From Malacoraja senta (taxonomy: Eukaryota): a stretch of DNA of 64,000 nt. Below, piece by piece: positions 60,873 through 64,000 of this stretch (position 1 is its first letter; the number at the start of each line of letters is the position of its first letter). The notes beneath the pieces were generated by a model, which ran no database searches, was not told where the DNA came from, and saw nothing but the letters and a program-made list of their open reading frames with translations. The stretch covers positions 1,986,001 to 2,050,000 of the forward strand of contig CM075999.1 in NCBI GenBank assembly GCA_038087875.1, read 5' to 3'. The position numbers were made by a program, and so were the translations under genes.

Positions 60873-62709
60873 ATACATACATAGATACATAGAAAATAGG
60901 TGCAGGAGTAGGCCATTCGACCCTTCGAGCCTGCACCACCATTCAATATGATCATGGCTGATCATCCAACTCAGTATCCCGTACCTGCCTTCTCTCCATA
61001 CCCCCTGATCCCTTTAGCCACAAGGGCCACATCTAACTCCCTCTTAAATATAGCCAATGAACTGGCCTCAACTACCCTCTGTGGCAGAGAGTTCCAGAGA
61101 TTCACCACTCTCTGTGTGAAAAAGTTTTTCCTCATCTCGGTCCTAAAGGATTTCCCCCTTATCCTTAAGCTGTGACCCCTTGTCCTGGACTTCCCCAACA
61201 TCGGGAACAATCTTCCTGCATCTAGCCTGTCCAACCCCATAAGAATTTTGTACATTTCTATAAGATCCCCTCTCAATCTCCTAAATTCTAGCGAGTATAA
61301 GCCAAGTCTATCCAGTCTTTCTTCATATGAAAGTCCTGACATCCCAGGAATCAGTCTGGTGAACCTTCTCTGCACTCCCTCTATGGCTATAATGTCCTTC
61401 CTCAGATTTGGAGACCAAAACTGTACGCAATACTCCAGGTGTGGTCTCACCAAGACCCTGTACAACTGCAGTAGAACCTCCCTGCTCCTATACTCAAATC
61501 CTTTTGCTATGAAAGCTAACATACCATTCGCTTTCTTCACTGCCTGCTGCACCTGCATGCCTACTTTCAATGACTGGTGTACCATGACACCCAGGTCTCG
61601 CTGCATCTCCCCATTTCCTAATCGGCCACCATTTAGATAATAGTCTGCTTTCCTGTTTTTGCCACCAAAGTGGATAACCTCACATTTATCCACATTATAC
61701 TGCATCTGCCAAACATTTGCCCACTCACCCAGCCTATCCAAGTCACCTTGCAGTCTCCTAGCATCCTCCTCACAGCTAACACTGCCCCCCAGCTTAGTGT
61801 CATCCGCAAACTTGGAGATGTTGCCTTCAATTCCCTCATCCAGCTCATTAATATAAATTGTAAATTGCTGGGGTCCCAGCACTGAGCCTTGCGGTACCCC
61901 ACTAGTCACTGCCTGCCATTGTGAAAAGGACCCATTTACTCCTACTCTTTGCTTCCTGTTTGCCAGCCAGTTCTCTATCCACATCAATACTGAACCCCCA
62001 ATACTGTGTGCTTTAAGTTTGTATCCTAATCTCTTATGTGGTACCTTGTCGAAAGCCTTCTGAAAGTCCAGATACAACACATCCACTGGTTCTCCCCTAT
62101 CCACTCTACTAGTTACATCCTCGAAAAATTCTATAAGATTCGTCAGACATGATTTACCTTTCGTAAATCCATGCTGACTTTGTCCAATGATTTCACCACT
62201 TTCCAAATGTGCTGCTATCCCATCTTTAATAACTGACTCTAGCAGTTTCCCCACTACTGATGTTAGACTAACTGGTCTGTAATTCCCCGTTTTCTCTCTC
62301 CCTCCCTTCTTAAAAAGTGGGGTTACATTTGCTACCCTCCAATCCTCAGGAACTACTCCAGAATCTAAAGAGTTTTGAAAAATTATCACTAATGCATCCA
62401 CTATTTCTGGAGCTACTTCCTTAAGTACTCTGGGATGCAGCCTATCTGGCCCTGGTGATTTATCGGCCTTTAATCCATTCAATTTACCCAACACCACTTC
62501 CCGACTAACCTGGATTTCACTCAGTTCCTCCATCTCCTTTGACCCGCGGCCCCCTGCTATTTCCGGCAGATTATTTATGTCTTCCTTAGTGAAGACGGAA
62601 CCAAAGTAGTTATTCAATTGGTCCGCCATATCCTTGTTCCCCATGATCAATTCACCTGTTTCTGACTGCAAGGGACCTACATTTGTTTTAACTAATCTCT
62701 TTCTCTTCA
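60873..62709 (-). mobile_element. CR1-clade LINE, 5'-truncated, young copy with uninterrupted ORF2 RT region (frame 60971-62710, 579 codons)
   Basis: [56 protein letters not shown] motifs; 3' UTR ending in a TATG/CTATG-type microsatellite tail; AGGCC direct repeats at 60868-60872 and 62710-62714; nested in an older CR1 fragment. Confidence 0.95.
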
Positions 62710-62991
62710 AGGCCGGTTCTCTTTTTTCAAGAGAGAGCTAGATAGGGCTATCTTCTATCTTCGGTTTAAACCAGCTTTTGCAGTTCCTTCCTACGCCTCC
62801 CTTCTACCTCATTGGAGCAAAACATCTTTCCACTGTACCTCAGTACACGTGACAATAATGAGACATTAAATTAAACTATATTAAACCTGAGAAAATGCGA
62901 CCAGTTTAGGTTGGGCACCTCTGACTGGCTGGCTACTTCTAGAGACCTCTGTACCCACTGCTCTTGGCCGCGGTTCATAGTAACGAACCAT

Positions 62992-63320
62992 CGGGCGGCG
63001 GCACGGTGGCGCAGCGGTAGAGTCGCTGCCTCACAGCGCCAGAGACCCGGGTTCGATCCTGGCTACTGGTGCTGTCTGTACGGAGTTTGTACGTTCTCCC
63101 CGTGACCATGTGGGTTTTCTCTGGGTGCTCCCATTTCCTCCCACACTCCAAAGACGTAGGTTAATTTTTCGTTAGGATAGAGATAAGACTCATTCCATTT
63201 GTAGGTTAATTGGCTTTGGTAAAATTGTAAATAGTCCCTACTGTGTAGGATAGTGCAGGTGTATGGTTGATCTATAGTCGGCACGGACTCGGTGGGCCAG
63301 AGGGCCTGTTTATGCGCTAT
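62992..63320 (+). mobile_element. tRNA-derived V-SINE (HE1-like)
   Basis: A box 63007-63017, B box GGTTCGATCC 63050-63059, V-domain, CR1-like tail. Confidence 0.85.
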
Positions 63321-63603
63321 ATTGTATTGCAATTAATTTATTAGCCAAGTATGTAAAATTATACAAGGAATTTGATTTGCCATTCAGCCATACCAAAAAA
63401 GGCAACAAGACACACAACTACATAAAAGTTAACATAAACATCCACCACAGCTGATTCCCCACATTCCTCACTGTGATGGAAGACAATAAAGTCTTATCTT
63501 CTTTCCCTCCTTGTTCTCCCACAGTCGGGGCGATCGAAGCTCCCGCGATCGGTTGGAGCTCCCGGAGCCGGTCCCCAACCAAGGGACCGCGAGCTCCACG
63601 ATG

Positions 63604-64000
63604 TTTTTTTTATTTTATTTTTATTTTATTAGAAGTAAGTACAATTGTATACAATCATATTTTCATAATACCTTTTATGTACAGCTTCTTATTTTTTAAA
63701 TTTTTTGAAATAAAGAAGAAAAAGAAAAAAGTTAGATAATGAAAAATAGAAAAATGTGAGATATATAGTGTGTGAAAAAGAAAAATAAAGAATGAAATAA
63801 GAAAGTTGAGACATAGAAAATAGAAGAAAGAGAATAAATGAAAAGAAAAGAAGAAAAGAAAATAGAAGGAGATCATTTATAATCTTGACCATCCGCAGTC
63901 ACGGATTAACTTTTACACCTGTTTTGCACCATACGTTTCCAAAAAGACGACAAATGGAGACCAACTCGTTATGAATTGGTCAAATTTATCTATTAGGAAG
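63604..64000 (-). mobile_element. L1/Tx1-type LINE 3' end (same family as 45372), runs off the window
   Basis: Close match to 45390-45780. Confidence 0.72.

Noticed and set aside
60971..62710. Host gene or domesticated reverse transcriptase
   Set aside because: It is 5'-truncated without an endonuclease domain, has a CR1 3' UTR and short TSD, and has near-identical copies nearby.
62992..63070. tRNA gene (A and B boxes)
   Set aside because: It is the tRNA-derived head of a SINE: it continues into the V-domain and LINE-like tail and recurs in many copies.

Overview
This is vertebrate genomic DNA, not prokaryotic. The repeat content (V-SINE/HE1-like SINEs, CR1 LINEs, Penelope-like elements) points to a cartilaginous fish, probably a skate or ray (inference). 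Two host genes are recognisable. DNAJC8 is on the + strand with eight coding exons (2388-25174, matching human exons 2-9; exon 1 lies upstream of the window). A platelet-activating factor receptor gene, PTAFR, is on the - strand (43441-44475); its single coding exon is broken by two 1-bp indels, either assembly errors or a recent pseudogene. A 200-N scaffold gap (32377-32576) separates the two genes. Most of the rest is transposon-derived: CR1 copies (one with a 579-codon open RT region), tRNA-derived V-SINEs, Rex1/Babar, L1/Tx1 and RTE fragments, PIF/Harbinger elements and MITEs, 8-bp-TSD MITEs, and many short palindromic elements. The most notable structure is the palindromic family. It derives from the 3' end of a Penelope-like retroelement (direct linkage at 54721-55163) and carries a minimal hammerhead-ribozyme-like motif (CTGAAGA-A-GGGT-YNCG-RCCC-GAAA-CG-TY). 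It inserts with 12-17 bp target-site duplications, and one copy has expanded into a 14 x 34-bp tandem array of the ribozyme half-motif. Several in-situ fold-back inverted duplications are also present. All assignments come from reading the sequence and recalling family motifs; no database searches were run.
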